Below, in pieces: positions 11,101 through 23,230 of a stretch of DNA of 64,000 nt. The notes below the pieces were generated by a model. It had not been told where the DNA came from. It searched no databases and worked only from the letters and a program-made list of their open reading frames with translations. A program made the position numbers and the translations under genes. Source of the stretch: Torpedo marmorata (taxonomy: Eukaryota); the NCBI GenBank assembly GCA_977017645.1, contig OZ360234.1:79794001-79858000 (forward strand), written 5' to 3'. Positions within the stretch are counted from its first letter, which is position 1. Each line of letters opens with the position of its first letter.

Positions 11101-12781
11101 ACATGTGTACATGAAGGTGCATATATTTGTATATCGGAGTTCAAGTTTAAGTTTATTTAAAACATGGAACATAGAAATCTACAGCACAGTACAGGCCCTT
11201 CGGCCCACAGTGTTGTGCCGACATAATAACATACTCTACTAACTGCCTAGAATTTCCCTACTCTATAACGCTTCATTTAACACATTATACCTAGTACAAT
11301 GAGAAGGTTCTTCTGATAGCAGATTGACAGATTATCTCTAACATTTTTACAGCTGTATAAAGTAGAAGAGCACAATTACACAATATAGAGTTACAATGAA
11401 AAAAATTCAATTAATACTAACAGCAAGATGAGAGCACTGTTGTGGGGTTCATTCAGGAGCCTGATGGCTGCAGGGAAGAAACTGTCTTTGAATCTGTTGG
11501 TGCAAGATGGGAGGTGGGAGAGGATTGTGTGTCCGGGGTGTGATGAGCCCTTCAGTATGTTGGCTGTCTTTCCTAGGCATTAACTTGGCACTCAGGGAGG
11601 GGTGTGGGTATGTGACTGCATGTGATTATAGAGAGTGCTTGTAAGTGTATTTTAGGTTATGGAAGAAAGATGGTTAAATGCAGTTGAGGTGCTAATCGGC
11701 CATAGTGTAATAGACGAATATAACAGATTTGATGGGCTGAATGGCCTCCTATTCCAACATTCATAGATTCTAGATACTCGGAGGAGTCATATTTTGTGCA
11801 ATTATTTTTTCAAATAAGTACTGAAATAGCACCCATTATTGTTTACGGTCCAGGAAATATCTATCCTGCTCCAATCATGAAACTTATTACCAAATGAAAT
11901 GCAGAAACTTATTAATAAGATAAATAGGGCAGATATACAAACACTCTCGGAGATCAGGTAATTTAGTGCAATTTTCTTTAATTCAATGTACGCTTGCTCT
12001 TCGAATGCAACTGCACTGCTGCTTTATCACAAGCTACTAAATAGCCAGGGGTTTGAGGGCTTTTGATACTTGCTACTATTTCCAGTCATTCCAGCAGGAA
12101 AGAGTTTTTGAATAATAAACATGACCTTAAAACCCATGTAAAAGATGGTAAATTCTGAACAGGATTTTTTCTTGTATAACAGCAGGGCAGAACAGCACAA
12201 AGAGCATTTTGAGTTCTCAGTAATTATGGCGATAACACAAGATATCCGATTGGGCTGGGTTTTTCAGTTAGAGTTCATGATAGAAATTGTGAGTAGGTGA
12301 TTATAATGGCCATTTCACTACAGGTTGAATTACAGAACTATAGCGTGGAAAGAGAGAGAGGAATTAAAATAAACAGCAGAAATAAATATGCACAGAATAT
12401 CTGAAGGGTAAAGATACACAGGAAGGAATTACTGTTAATTTCACAAGTGAATAATACTTTATGGAGACTTACCTTCACATAAAGTTTAAATGAGAAGTAC
12501 CCACTGTGTACTATGGTATATGGGCACATACTGTATACCATAGAACAGCCATTCTTAACGAGGGCCCTACAGCCGCCCTGGGGGCCACAGCACATTTAAG
12601 TAAAAGCCTTGTTTTCTTTTCACCTCACGTAACATAAATATTTTTTATATTTTTATGTAGTCGGTAGGAGAGAAGCACGGAAGAAACCAAAACTTGACTG
12701 CTTCACAGGGAAGTGGGCCCATAAACTTTGAGCAGAGTCCAAGGAGTACCATAGCCAGATAAAGGTTGAGAATGGCTGCCA

Positions 12782-13020
12782 CAGAACATAGAACAGTGCA
12801 GCCCTTCAACCCACAATGTCTGCACCAATCATGATTACATAATAAATTAAATCTCTTCTGCCTGCACACGATACATATCCCTCTATTCCCTGCAGGTTTA
12901 TGTATCTATCCAACAGCATCTTAAACACTACTGTCATATCTGCTTCAACCACTACACCTGGCAGCCCGTCCCAAAGCTCTCTGTGTGAAAAACCTGCTCC
13001 CCACTCCCTACATTTCCTTT
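12782..13020 (-). mobile_element. CR1 3' tail fragment
   Basis: Minus ORF has WDGLPGVVVEADMTVVFKMLLDRY; cagaacatagaacag tail. Confidence 0.7.
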
Positions 13021-13091
13021 GAGATAATGAAAAATATTTCAAAATTAGAAAACCACACTGTAAAATGTGGAATTTCTTTATAAATTTGATT

Positions 13092-13527
13092 CAGTAAATT
13101 ACCCCGACTTACGATGAGGTTCGGATCCAGGACTCGCATCGTAGATTGAAATTATCGTTAAGCAGTGGAAATAACAAGAGCTACACAAATAGACCCAATC
13201 TTGATGCAAGTGTAGAAACAATTATTAAATGAATGGAATGCGATGAGCAAGATGACCCCGCTCTCGGCAACCCCCTCTCCCTCACTTACCATCTTCTCCT
13301 CTCCGTGCCGGGTAACTAGGGGCAGTGGCGTCATCTCACAACCTACGTCTGGAAGCGTGCACCCTGGGCGTACTCGCTCTCTCTCTCTCCCCAGCGACGG
13401 CAATCTGTGCATGCTCTCGCTCTCTCTTCCTCCCCAGCGACGGCAATCTGCATTAAAAAACGACGTTGGGCAATCGTCCATCAACGCTCGTTTCCTTGAC
13501 ATCACTACAAGAGAAGGAAAAGCAACC
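13092..13527 (+). mobile_element. Tigger/pogo-like element, left end and body
   Basis: ACCCCGACTTACGATG..CATCGTAG..AAATTATCGT terminus matches the MITE at 14295-14390. Confidence 0.55.
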
Positions 13528-14292
13528 ATGCTGAATGGTGGCCGATTAGGAAAAGGAGAGGTGCAACAAGACCTGGGTGTCATTTTACACCAGTCTTTGA
13601 AAGTGGGCATGCAGGTACAGCAGGCAGTGAAAAAGGCAAATGGTACGTTGGCATTTATAGCAAGGGGATTCGAGTGCAGGAGCAGGGAAGTTCTGCTGCG
13701 GTTGAACAGTGCCTTGGTGAGACCACACCTGGAGTATTGTGTATAGTTTTGGTCTCCTAATCTGAGGAAAGACATTCTTGCCATAGAGGGTGTGCAGAGA
13801 AGATTCACCAGATTGATTCCTGGGATGGCAGGACTTTCATATGAAGAACGACTTGGCCGACTAGGCTTATACTCGTTGGAATTTCGAAGATTGAGGGGGG
13901 ATTTTATTGAAACATATAAAGTTCTTAAGGGATTGGATAGGCTAGATGCAGGAAGGTTGTTCCCGATGTTGGGAAAGTCTAGAACCAGGGGTCACAGTTT
14001 AAGGATAAGGGGGAAATCTTGTATGACGAGATGAGGAAAAATTTCTTCACACAGAGAGTGGTGAATCTGTGGAATTCTCTGCCACAGGAAACAGTAGAGG
14101 CCAGTTCATTGGCTATATTTAAGAGGGAGTTAGATGTGGTCCTTGTGGCTAAGGGGATCAGGTGGTATGGTGAGAAAGCAGGTACAGGGTATTGAGTTGG
14201 ATGATCAGCCATGATCATACTGAATGGCGGTGCAGGCTCGAAGGACCGAATGGCCTACTCCTGCACCTATTTTATATGTTTCTATTTTTCTA
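13528..14292 (+). mobile_element. Well-preserved CR1 LINE 3' part
   Basis: DLGVILHQSLKVGMQVQQAVKKANGTLAFIARG...RPHLEYCV; RLGLYSLEFRRLRGDFIETYK...RTRGHSLRIRG; tatgtttcta tail. Confidence 0.92.
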
Positions 14293-14294
14293 TA

Positions 14295-14390
14295 CAGGTG
14301 GACCCCGACTTACCTTTATTGAAAATGGATTCTGATCATCGTAACTTCGAAATATCGCAAGTCGGAACATCGTAAGTCGGGGTCTATCTG
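14295..14390. mobile_element. Tigger-like MITE
   Basis: TIRs CAGGTGGACCCCGACTTAC / GTAAGTCGGGGTCTATCTG (17/19), flanked by TA on both sides. Confidence 0.8.
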
Positions 14391-14534
14391 TATACGCATG
14401 TGGGCAGCAGAGTCAAAATGTTTCATGGTATATGTGTAAAACATTTGGTTATGCTCACGAGATTGGCTGGTGTGCACAGATCCTATAGGTTTCTTTGGAG
14501 TGAAACATTAAAGTTTGCAGGCGCTATGATTGTA

Positions 14535-14720
14535 TTAAAAGCAGAAAAATTCTGGAGGAACTCAGCAGATCATGTAGTGTCCACAGGAGATAAAGATATA
14601 TAACCAATGTTTCGGGCCTGAGCCCTTCTTCAAGATATGAAACGTTGGTTATATATCTTTACCTCCCATAGACACTGTGAGACCTGCTGAGTTCCTCCAG
14701 CATTTTTGTGTTTTTACTAT
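14535..14720. mobile_element. Penelope-like element inverted terminal repeats
   Basis: CTGGAGGAACTCAGCAG...GTTTCGGGCCTGAGCCCTTCTTCAAG, then the inverted partner GAAACGTTGG...CTGCTGAGTTCCTCCAG. Confidence 0.75.
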
Positions 14721-15149
14721 AGATTTCTGATTTACTTGTCTATGTAAATTTAAGTTGATATTGTTAACAATTTACTGCCCCTCACCCAGAATTTTGGATG
14801 AGGGATGTATTGGGCTTTGATCAAATATCTGCATCTCTCTGACATCAGTTCATTGACTGAACTGCCCACAGGTATAACAATCAAACAATGTTTGCCAGCA
14901 CTTTTGGTTTTATTAAAGCTATTAAAAAGTGGTCTTCATCACATGGAGTCAAAACACTTCAGTTACAGTGAGTCCTCGTCAGATTAAGTACTGCCTCTCA
15001 GAAACCTAGGTCCAGAAGTTAGAGCTTTGTCCATCTAGAATAAAGTGCGTCAGCCCTTTCCTACACAGGTGATAGTGGAGAAGGTTGGAAGTTTCTTTTG
15101 GTGGAGGTGGATTCTTGATGAATTTTAAATATGGTGTTCTCAGAGTATG

Positions 15150-15482
15150 GTGCAAATTCAAGTTCAAATTTATTGTTCCATGTAACAAGGTGCAGGGAGA
15201 CATTTTGTTTTGTGAGCACTCAAGTGAGATATCTCATATATATAGTGCAGCTAATGAAATGCAATACAAAATGCAGAGTTACAAAGAGAGATCAGGTATT
15301 ACAGAGCAAAGGCAGCATTATTTTGCTTATGTGAGGTTCATTCAGGAGTCTGACACTGGCAGGAAAGCAACTGTCCTTGAATCTAGTGGTGCATGATCTC
15401 ACACCTGTGGATCTTCCTGATGGGAGGGATGTGAAGAGAACGTGGCCGGGTTGGGATGAGTCTTTTAATGTGTTGGCTGCAG
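15150..15482 (-). mobile_element. Rex1-like LINE 3' end
   Basis: Minus ORF has TTRFKDSCFPASVRLLN (compare RHKDSFFHAAIRFLN at ~55580); (TTCAAG/A)n tail. Confidence 0.7.
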
Positions 15483-17559
15483 ACACTGAGCTTAGGTGAT
15501 AGCATAGCCATGATTAAATTGAATGGCAGGAACAGGGCTGAAGAGGCTTCTCGTATCTCCCACACATTTTCAGTTTGGGGTGCCTCACTGCTCCATAGAG
15601 ATGTGTAAACCTAGAAGATGAGAGAGCCAGCCATAGGATGGTGCACCAGAATAATATCAGTTATGAAACAGTTAATTTGTGACAGCAAGTTTGTTGAAGT
15701 TGGCTTGTGTTCCTTTGAATTTGGAAGATTGAAGGGTAATCTGATCAACGTATGTAAAATGATAAAAGCACTTGCCAAGGTAGATTAAGAGGAACTATTT
15801 CTTCTCTTGGGTAATTGAGAAGGAGGGAACGTAATCTTGAAATTGGAGCTGCATCACCCAAGAATGGCCAGGAGGCATTATTCCACACAAAAGGAAGTCA
15901 AATTCTGCAAGTTGCTGTTCCCAGAAGTCAGTGAACACAGGGGCACCATTGGGGTTTCCAGTACTGAGATGGAGTGATTATCGGGAGTTAAAGGTATCAA
16001 GGGACGTGGAAGCTCAAAAGCTGATCTAACAGAGTGGACATGAGGGCTGAACGGCCCTCTTGGTCCCGTGAACAAGGTCCCAAAGCTCATTCACTGTCTC
16101 TGTATATTGCAACAAAGTCTGCACCTTTCATGAACCTGAACAGAATACAGAAGGTCTAGAATCCATGAGCTGTTTCTCTGCTATTCATTCTCCAACATAA
16201 TTTCACTTTAGCATCTCATCTCAAAATTTAAAAAAAAAATACTTAGCAGACATAAGACTGGTAAAGTTTGCTACATGCAGTTTCCAAGTGTTGGTATGAA
16301 ATATAATTTTCTGACCAAAAACTCCCAGATGTTCATCGTTAATTAATTGAAATTGTTACACATTTCTCAACAGAAAAAGAAAATCAATTTTGAATGGACA
16401 TGATTTCTGTATCAATTTAGTCAGAGTTCAGCAGGACCAACTCAATGGGCCAGTTTCACTCACACTCTCATATGAATCTGAGGCTGGAGAGATGAGGGAA
16501 TGCATTCACTTTTATGTTGATTTTTTTATTCATGAATTGCAACCTTGAGTTCTCTCCTGCACTTCCCTATGCCCCCTTCTTCTTTCTATTCTTTCCAGTG
16601 AAGACCACCACTGTTTACATCTCCAAGGTCATCAGCGATAATGTTGATGACAACTCCATGCCATGTATTTTTAAGGTGATAAAATGTTTCAGAATGATCT
16701 TCACAAGATTATAATCAGAGAAAAAATCATTTCGATCCACACGAGGTGATATTGGGAGAAGGCAGACTTTTGCTTTAAAAAAGGATCAGACAGGGATGGA
16801 GAGGTTGAGGGAAATTATTCCGGAGATTAATGCCAAGACTACAATGGTTAGGTAAAGAAAGCCAGGTCGAACACAAACAGGTGATGCCGTTTGATTTGGA
16901 AATCGTATAACTGCAGCAATTAATAAAGAGGGAGTTGAGCAGGTAGATTTGTATGGGGGTAGGGGGAGTGTTTGAACTCAAAGATCAGGAAGAGGATCGA
17001 TCAAAATTTGCTGGGAAAATGTTTAAAAACAAAAATCTATTGTCTTGCTATAATTGTTCCGAATTGTAATAATCATAGATTAAAATAATTAAATACCTCG
17101 ATGGATGTATTTTTTCATCCAGTGACTGCACCTGAGAACTTGACGTAGGTCACAGTGCAGGCAACGATGAAGTCACCACGGCGAGACTCTCCACCGTGTT
17201 CCGTGTATAAATCCCAAATACCTCCCATTCTCATCCATGTATTCCTGTGAAGTTCAAACAGCCACACTTATAAAAACGCAGGCTCGAGCAAGAGCGGGAA
17301 AGATGCGTCCTTACTTGAGGCATTGAAATTTAACTTTAAAAAATGAAAACCGATCCTCAGTAATATCAGAACCCGGAGAATGTCCCCACGGCCCGCGGAA
17401 TTAAGACGAATAATTTGTGGTTACTGAGGGAGATAATGACAAGCTGTCCATAGAGAATTTCATCTGTCAAGCATGTGGACATATCGGGATCCGGTCTTTT
17501 GCGACAAGAGCGGGAACGAAATCCTTAAGTTTTCTTTCAGCAGGGAACATTATTAAACG

Positions 17560-17775
17560 TAAAAACACAATGCTAGAGAAACTCAGCAGGTCAAACATAG
17601 CCAACGTTTCGGGCTTGAGCCCTTTCATCAAGGCACACCTTGATGAAGGGCTCAAGCCCGACACGTCGGTTATGTATCTTTATCTTTGCTCTATAAAGTG
17701 CACCGTTTGACCTGCTGAGTTTCTCCAGCATTGTGTTTTTACTCCAACCACTTCTGCAAACTTTCGTGTTTTACT
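17560..17775. mobile_element. Penelope-like inverted termini with two hammerhead-like cores
   Basis: Near-perfect foldback ...CGTTTCGGGCTTGAGCCCTTTCATCAAGG-CACA-CCTTGATGAAGGGCTCAAGCCCGACACGTCGG... Confidence 0.8.
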
Positions 17776-18399
17776 TCTATCATTATTAAACGAGTCATTT
17801 CGCCTCCCTCTGAGCAGCCTGCACCCTCGCGGGCATGAAGTTAGCCAAGCTGGAGGAGTCTTCGTTACACACCGTACACATCTAAGAACACACTATGTGG
17901 TTAATTGAAGGGGGAAGGTATACCTCATGTATTTTTCTAACCCCTGATTAAAGCCCATTCGCTGGAAAATGCTGGAAGCACTCAGCAAGCCAGGCAGCCT
18001 CTCCTCACAGATGCTGACTGACCCTTGGAATATTTTCTCTCTTTTCTCCTGCGCCTGCCGATTTCCAACACCACTATTTTGCCTTTGAATAAATGTCTCG
18101 ATGATCTTTCATCTTAACCATTCTCGTTGCCAACATTCGGCTAATCACATTTGACCCCTTACGTCCATCTTTCCACTGGATATTTTATCCTGTTAATGTG
18201 GTGTATGTGCGGGCACACCTTCACAGAGGCAACTTTGCTTTGAATGAACGAGTCGCCCAACCATAAATCAAACTCAAAGTTCTTTCAGTAACTGATCCAC
18301 TGAAGATTGAGGACGTTGTCAGATAACGGGAATGCCGCCGATTCCAGCCCCCCCGCACTGAGTGGGATAGCACCGGGTGGGAGGTGGCGAGCGGCTCCA

Positions 18400-19110
18400 G
18401 ATACAATTTAGCTCCTGGTGAAATGAACAGCTGTAATTGAAAAGAGGGAGCTGGATTAAAAAGGTGCTGTTAAGAGAGTGGGCCATTCCATTTTCTTCTG
18501 ATCGCGCGCTATTGTCTGAGGTGAAGCTAATTTATTTCTGATCAAAAGGACCTGCCGCGTTGAAAGAGTAGTAATGACTATTCATTTTCCCCGAACCCCA
18601 CGCTTCTCCTTCACCCTCCTACCTGACTATTATTTATAGCCATCTGTAATTTCATTAAAGGATGATAGTTCGGGGGGAAGGAACTAATTTGCACCGAGAA
18701 TAATGTCAATTAATCCAGCATCTATTTTAATTATGTATTCCAAACGAACGACGTATTGCAACATAATTATGCCGGCTTGTTTGTTTGCCTTGAGTTTCTT
18801 TTCTGCGCGAAGCTGCCTTTTAATAACACTTGAACATAGATGTCGCCTTGCTAATGATACCCTTTTCATATGAACATAGCACGTGTTTTATTTTAATTTG
18901 GCTCTAATGAATAGTTTATTCGCACCTAATTAGTCTTGTGGATTACTGCAATTATGTATCTGAGTCGTTTATAAAAGAATAATGGTAGAATGCTTGTTAT
19001 AATAGCTAAGAGTCGTATTAGCCTTGTTATTGTAATGCTGCGCATTTAATACACAGTTACATTCTGCAGAAGCAGTCTCCTCTGTAACCTGGTGTAACCC
19101 AAGTTAATCA
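18400..19110. promoter_or_regulatory. Candidate conserved non-coding enhancer block upstream of Sox3
   Basis: Unique-looking sequence very dense in TAAT/ATTA homeodomain cores (CTGTAATTGAAA, GTAATTTCATTAAAG, GTCAATTAATCC, CTAATTAG). Conservation is inferred, not shown. Confidence 0.45.
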
Positions 19111-20179
19111 ACATAAGGCAAAAAACATATTACTTAGCACATCAGTGTTCTTTCAGGAACAAATCAAGTCCACCAGCTTTTCGGGGGCTGGAGGGATCTG
19201 CTCTCATGTTCTCACAGATACAAGAAATGCCGTTTCTAATTAAACGATACCCCTGTAACGCCTGCTAGATAATACATCAATGCGTACATGCTCGCTGCTG
19301 ATCAAGAGCAAACTAGACCTTCCCGCTTCTATCCGTTTCCACAGATTAGCTAAGTGAGATAACACACGAGCAGTGTGATCATTACATCAATTAAGGTAGA
19401 ATTAAAAGCGAAAAGTAAAGTCAAAGAGCACAAATGCAGCCCAGGTGCAGCGTAAGGTAAGGCTCGGGTTCCTGTTTAAATATTTGCTCGACCCTCCCAT
19501 GGAACACACGTCGAGCGCTGGCGCGGACTGAAAATGCAGGCGATCATTAATACGGTGCTCCCACCGAGACATTTGCAGGCGATTTTTAACTGCGCTCGGT
19601 GCAGAAAGTTGTTGAATGTTTACGTTAAGATTTGGTGTGGTTTAGCTCTTTACAACCCCTGGGGATTTTATTTCCCACAGGCAGGTCCAGATCTCTATTG
19701 CACGATGTCTAAAGAGAGCAGTCTCCAGGATTTCATTAACAGGATAATGGGAACGTTCTCGACAATATTACTGCACCTTGCCAGCTCTTGAAAATATTCC
19801 TCATCATATAGCAATGACAGATCGCCACTTAAAATACTAAAATGTTTAACTATAATATGTTTCAAGCTGCATCTTATTAGTAGTAAATACAACCCATATT
19901 AACTGCGTTTCGTTTTATTCTTCCCATCGCCACGTTTGTATCTGATGCCAGTGTAATTAATTGTACGCATGGCTTGTGACGGATCTATGCCACTTTATTA
20001 AAATTGTAACGACTTTAGAGTATTCAAGTTATTAAGTAAAAGGTTTTGCTTAGATTTCTAAATCCTTCCTCGCTTTACATGTGCCAAATGTGATTGGGAT
20101 ATTTAGAGTGTTCTACCAAAGGAGGTGGGGGGGGGGGGGCGAAACGTTATTTTAAAAAAAGATATCAATATTAACGAAC

Positions 20180-20417
20180 AGCAACGCCTTCACAGCGCCA
20201 GCGATCGGGACCGGGGTTCGAATCCCGCACTGTCTGTAAGGAGTTTGTACGTTCTCCCCGTGTCTGCGTGGGTTTTCTCCGGGGGCTCCAGTTTCCTCCC
20301 ACCGTTCGAAAGGTACTGGGGGTGTAGGTTAACGGGGTGTAAATTGGGCGGTACGAGCTCCTGGGCCGAAATGGCCTGTTACCGTGATGTATGTCTAAAT
20401 TTAAATTAAAAAAAAAT
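20180..20417 (+). mobile_element. V-SINE (HE1-like), 5'-truncated, CpGs retained
   Basis: B-box GGTTCGAATCCC, V-domain GGAGTTTGTACGTTCTCCCCGTGTCTGCGTGGG, AAATTTAAATTAAAAA tail. Confidence 0.88.
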
Positions 20418-20547
20418 TCTTCGAGGCTCCCAATGGAAGATTAGGGAAGTTCACAATCTGCTTGATTTCAATGTACACCCATAACTAAACATTTCCACCA
20501 ATAAAGTGGGGTTCAAAAAAAACCTCTTCAGAATTCAATCAAAGGCG

Positions 20548-20760
20548 CTTTTTTGTGGCTTGGTTCTTTTTATATTGGTATTATAATACTAAATTGTAAA
20601 GAAAAAAAATTGATATATATCTGTAATGTATACTCTGTTATGGATGGATTAATGGAACATGTGATAATGCTTTTCTTTGCTTTTTCTCTGTAAACGTATA
20701 TAGTAAATGAACTGTTATATCCATGATTTTATGGAATTAATAAAGAGATTTAAAAAAGAA
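20548..20760 (+). mobile_element. 5'-truncated L1-type retroposed 3' end with 18-bp TSD
   Basis: Perfect direct repeat AGAATTCAATCAAAGGCG at 20530-20547 and 20761-20778; the insert ends AATAAAGAGATTTAAAAAAGAA. Confidence 0.8.
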
Positions 20761-21444
20761 AGAATTCAATCAAAGGCGACATTTAATTATACTTTAATAT
20801 TCCGTGTTATAATCTGTGGTCCGATTTCTTTTGGTACAGTTTGTAAATGGATTCACTCGAACGGCTAAATGTTGACGCACTGAAATTCTGAGTTTAATTT
20901 GACTGTATAAAGCCGTGGAGTTGTCCAGAGGTTTGGTGGGTTGTTTTTCGTCCGTGCAGATGCTGATGGGGACATTTCGTCTTCAGCTTGTGTATTTTGA
21001 AAACGGCTTGAAGATCCTACTATTTATCCATTGCTTTTTGCCCTCCTGTTGTGAATTAAATGGTTCAAATGTCCAATTTGTCTTCTGATCATCTTTTGAA
21101 TTTTGCTTACATCAATATAAAACAAGATTTCAACTTTCAGTGGGAGGTTTGTAAAATTGTTAATGATTTCCTTGAGGAATAAAGTATATGAATGTTAATT
21201 CTCACACCATGAGCAGGGACGGGTTCTTGATATGAGTGAAATCATTTGACATGCCGATGAGAAACGAAATGTTGATCAGAGTAAAACGTGAAAAAACAAA
21301 ATCAGAAAACATTTCCACGGTTTCACATTTCATTCACCGAAAGAGCAGCACTAATTTCGTGCTTTGTACCACGGGCCAATGTTCGATCAGTTTCCTTTGG
21401 GGAGACTTGGCGTGGTTATTTTTCATCATGGAGACATAAGCAAC

Positions 21445-21780
21445 GCGTCGATTCGGAACGTCGACTGCCAATCTCCCTCCACAGACGCTGCCTGACCCGC
21501 TGAGTCCCTCCAGCCGTTTGATTTTATTTTTTTGCTCGGTATTATTTTTATTAGTTTACCAATCTCGTGGATTTGTAGTGAGTCACACTTGTTACTTCTG
21601 CACAAGTCTACTTACATCACGCTGCTGCGATTCTGAAATGTGGAGCAAAAATCAAACAGCTTGGAGGAACTCAGCGGGTCAGGCAGTGTCTTGTGGACGA
21701 AGAGGGGTGGTCCATGTTTCGGGTCGAAACCTCCTGGAAGGCTCCAGATTCTAGCATCTGCAGTCTTTTGTGTCTTCTTG
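21445..21780. mobile_element. Two Penelope terminal remnants
   Basis: GACGCTGCCTGACCCGCTGAGTCCCTCCAGC (~21485-21514) and GGAGGAACTCAGCGGGTCAGGCAG...GTTTCGGGTCGAAACC (~21663-21732). Confidence 0.7.
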
Positions 21781-23144
21781 TGAAATTGGATTGTTGGGTG
21801 CGGAAAGAAAGTTTCTCCCTGCATTAGACAGTGACCAGGAGGTAAACGGCCCTTATTATCCCGTCCGAATTTGTAAAGTTCAATTGTCCCATAAGCGACG
21901 TTATGAATGCACTGGAGGCTGTGGGGTTAACTCCACGCTGTGTTCTAGCTGTGAATGGTAGCAGGATGGAAGGAAAGTTTCAGAAGCGGCAATTGTGAAA
22001 TGTCTTTTTGGAAGTGTGTTGGATTTAAAATCCAACGCTGGTGGTCGCTTGCCTCTCCGTTGTTCGTTACGAGCGTGAAAAAAATACCCTTAACAATTTC
22101 CAATTTAATGCTTCGCTCTAATAAAGAGATTACACGAGGTCCATATTGTCAGACTGGAATATACTGTCTCTGCGAAGTATCCGATCTGGATGGTGCGATT
22201 TAATTATATAATCGCTGTCTGGATTCGATTGTCCACCGTTAATTGACGGACACTCCACAGAAGCCTTGATATAACTTTCTTTCCAATTAATCAATGAGAA
22301 TGTATTTTAGCCCACCATCTTCTCACTTCTCCCCGACTTCTGTACACGTCTGCAAGAACAAAATAAGACGCCACTAAATTTTATTTTACTTTAATTTTGA
22401 GACCAATCTATTCTCCCCTGTCTCCCTTCAATCAGTTTACATTAATTTTAAAATTCGTCATCGCACGTGGAAGGTTAATGAATAATTGTCGAGTTCTTAA
22501 CGATAAATTCGGATTTTAAACTAGATTGAGAATGGGGCTGATTCGGATGTTTTGTCATATTGAAATCGCCTAGCAGACTCTGCTGAATTGAGCGCGATAG
22601 TATAGTCATATCCATAAGTACAGTGTATAGATGCACTGAAATTCCACTTGCTGCAGCCACACAGGTAAGTAACATACCCAACTACACTAGTGGACATTAA
22701 ATTGCCACAACATGTCCAGACAGAAAAGAGACAACAAATATAAAAGGACAGATAGATAAATATTGCAGTTGGAAGATAGGTTGACAGAGGGGGAGGGAGG
22801 GAGGGGGGCGATCACTTCGATTTAGCAGAGTGAATGGGCCAGAGGTTGTCCCCTAGGAATTCAGGCGCCAAAGGTCGTTCGAAATCCGTCAGGGTTTGTC
22901 ACCTGCAGAAACCTTGGACGGATCAGCAGTAACAAGACACGAGCAGTTCCCCTAACTGTTGCTGATCAGTAACAGGGATCTGTGGTCGTAACACAATGCG
23001 ACCTCCGTGCCTCCTTCAGAGGGACAAGGCACCTCTTCTCATGTGGGGTATTGTATGTCCTGCATTCAGGGGATTTAAAACACTCACAGTACTTGCACCA
23101 ATGCGCGTGGTCACTGTTTAAAACGGGATTACCAAAATAAAATG

Positions 23145-23230
23145 TCCATGGACGCTGCGTGACCTGCTGAGTTTCTCCAGCACTTTAGTGCACTGCACTA
23201 GACCCCAGCGTCTTCAGCCTCCCTGTTACT
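23145..23230 (+). mobile_element. Penelope terminal remnant
   Basis: GACGCTGCGTGACCTGCTGAGTTTCTCCAGCACTTTAGTGCACTGCA. Confidence 0.7.

Noticed and set aside
10761-11242. ORFs with HTHT / CVCV runs
   Set aside because: Translations of the (GT)40 microsatellite and adjacent minisatellite.
13158-13808. 216-aa minus ORF and 167-aa plus ORF
   Set aside because: Chance frames across a Tigger-like/CR1 junction; the recognisable part is CR1 ORF2.
22179-22229. Possible pre-miRNA hairpin
   Set aside because: Only ~50 nt, relies on many G-U pairs and a bulge, and resembles no miRNA I recognise.
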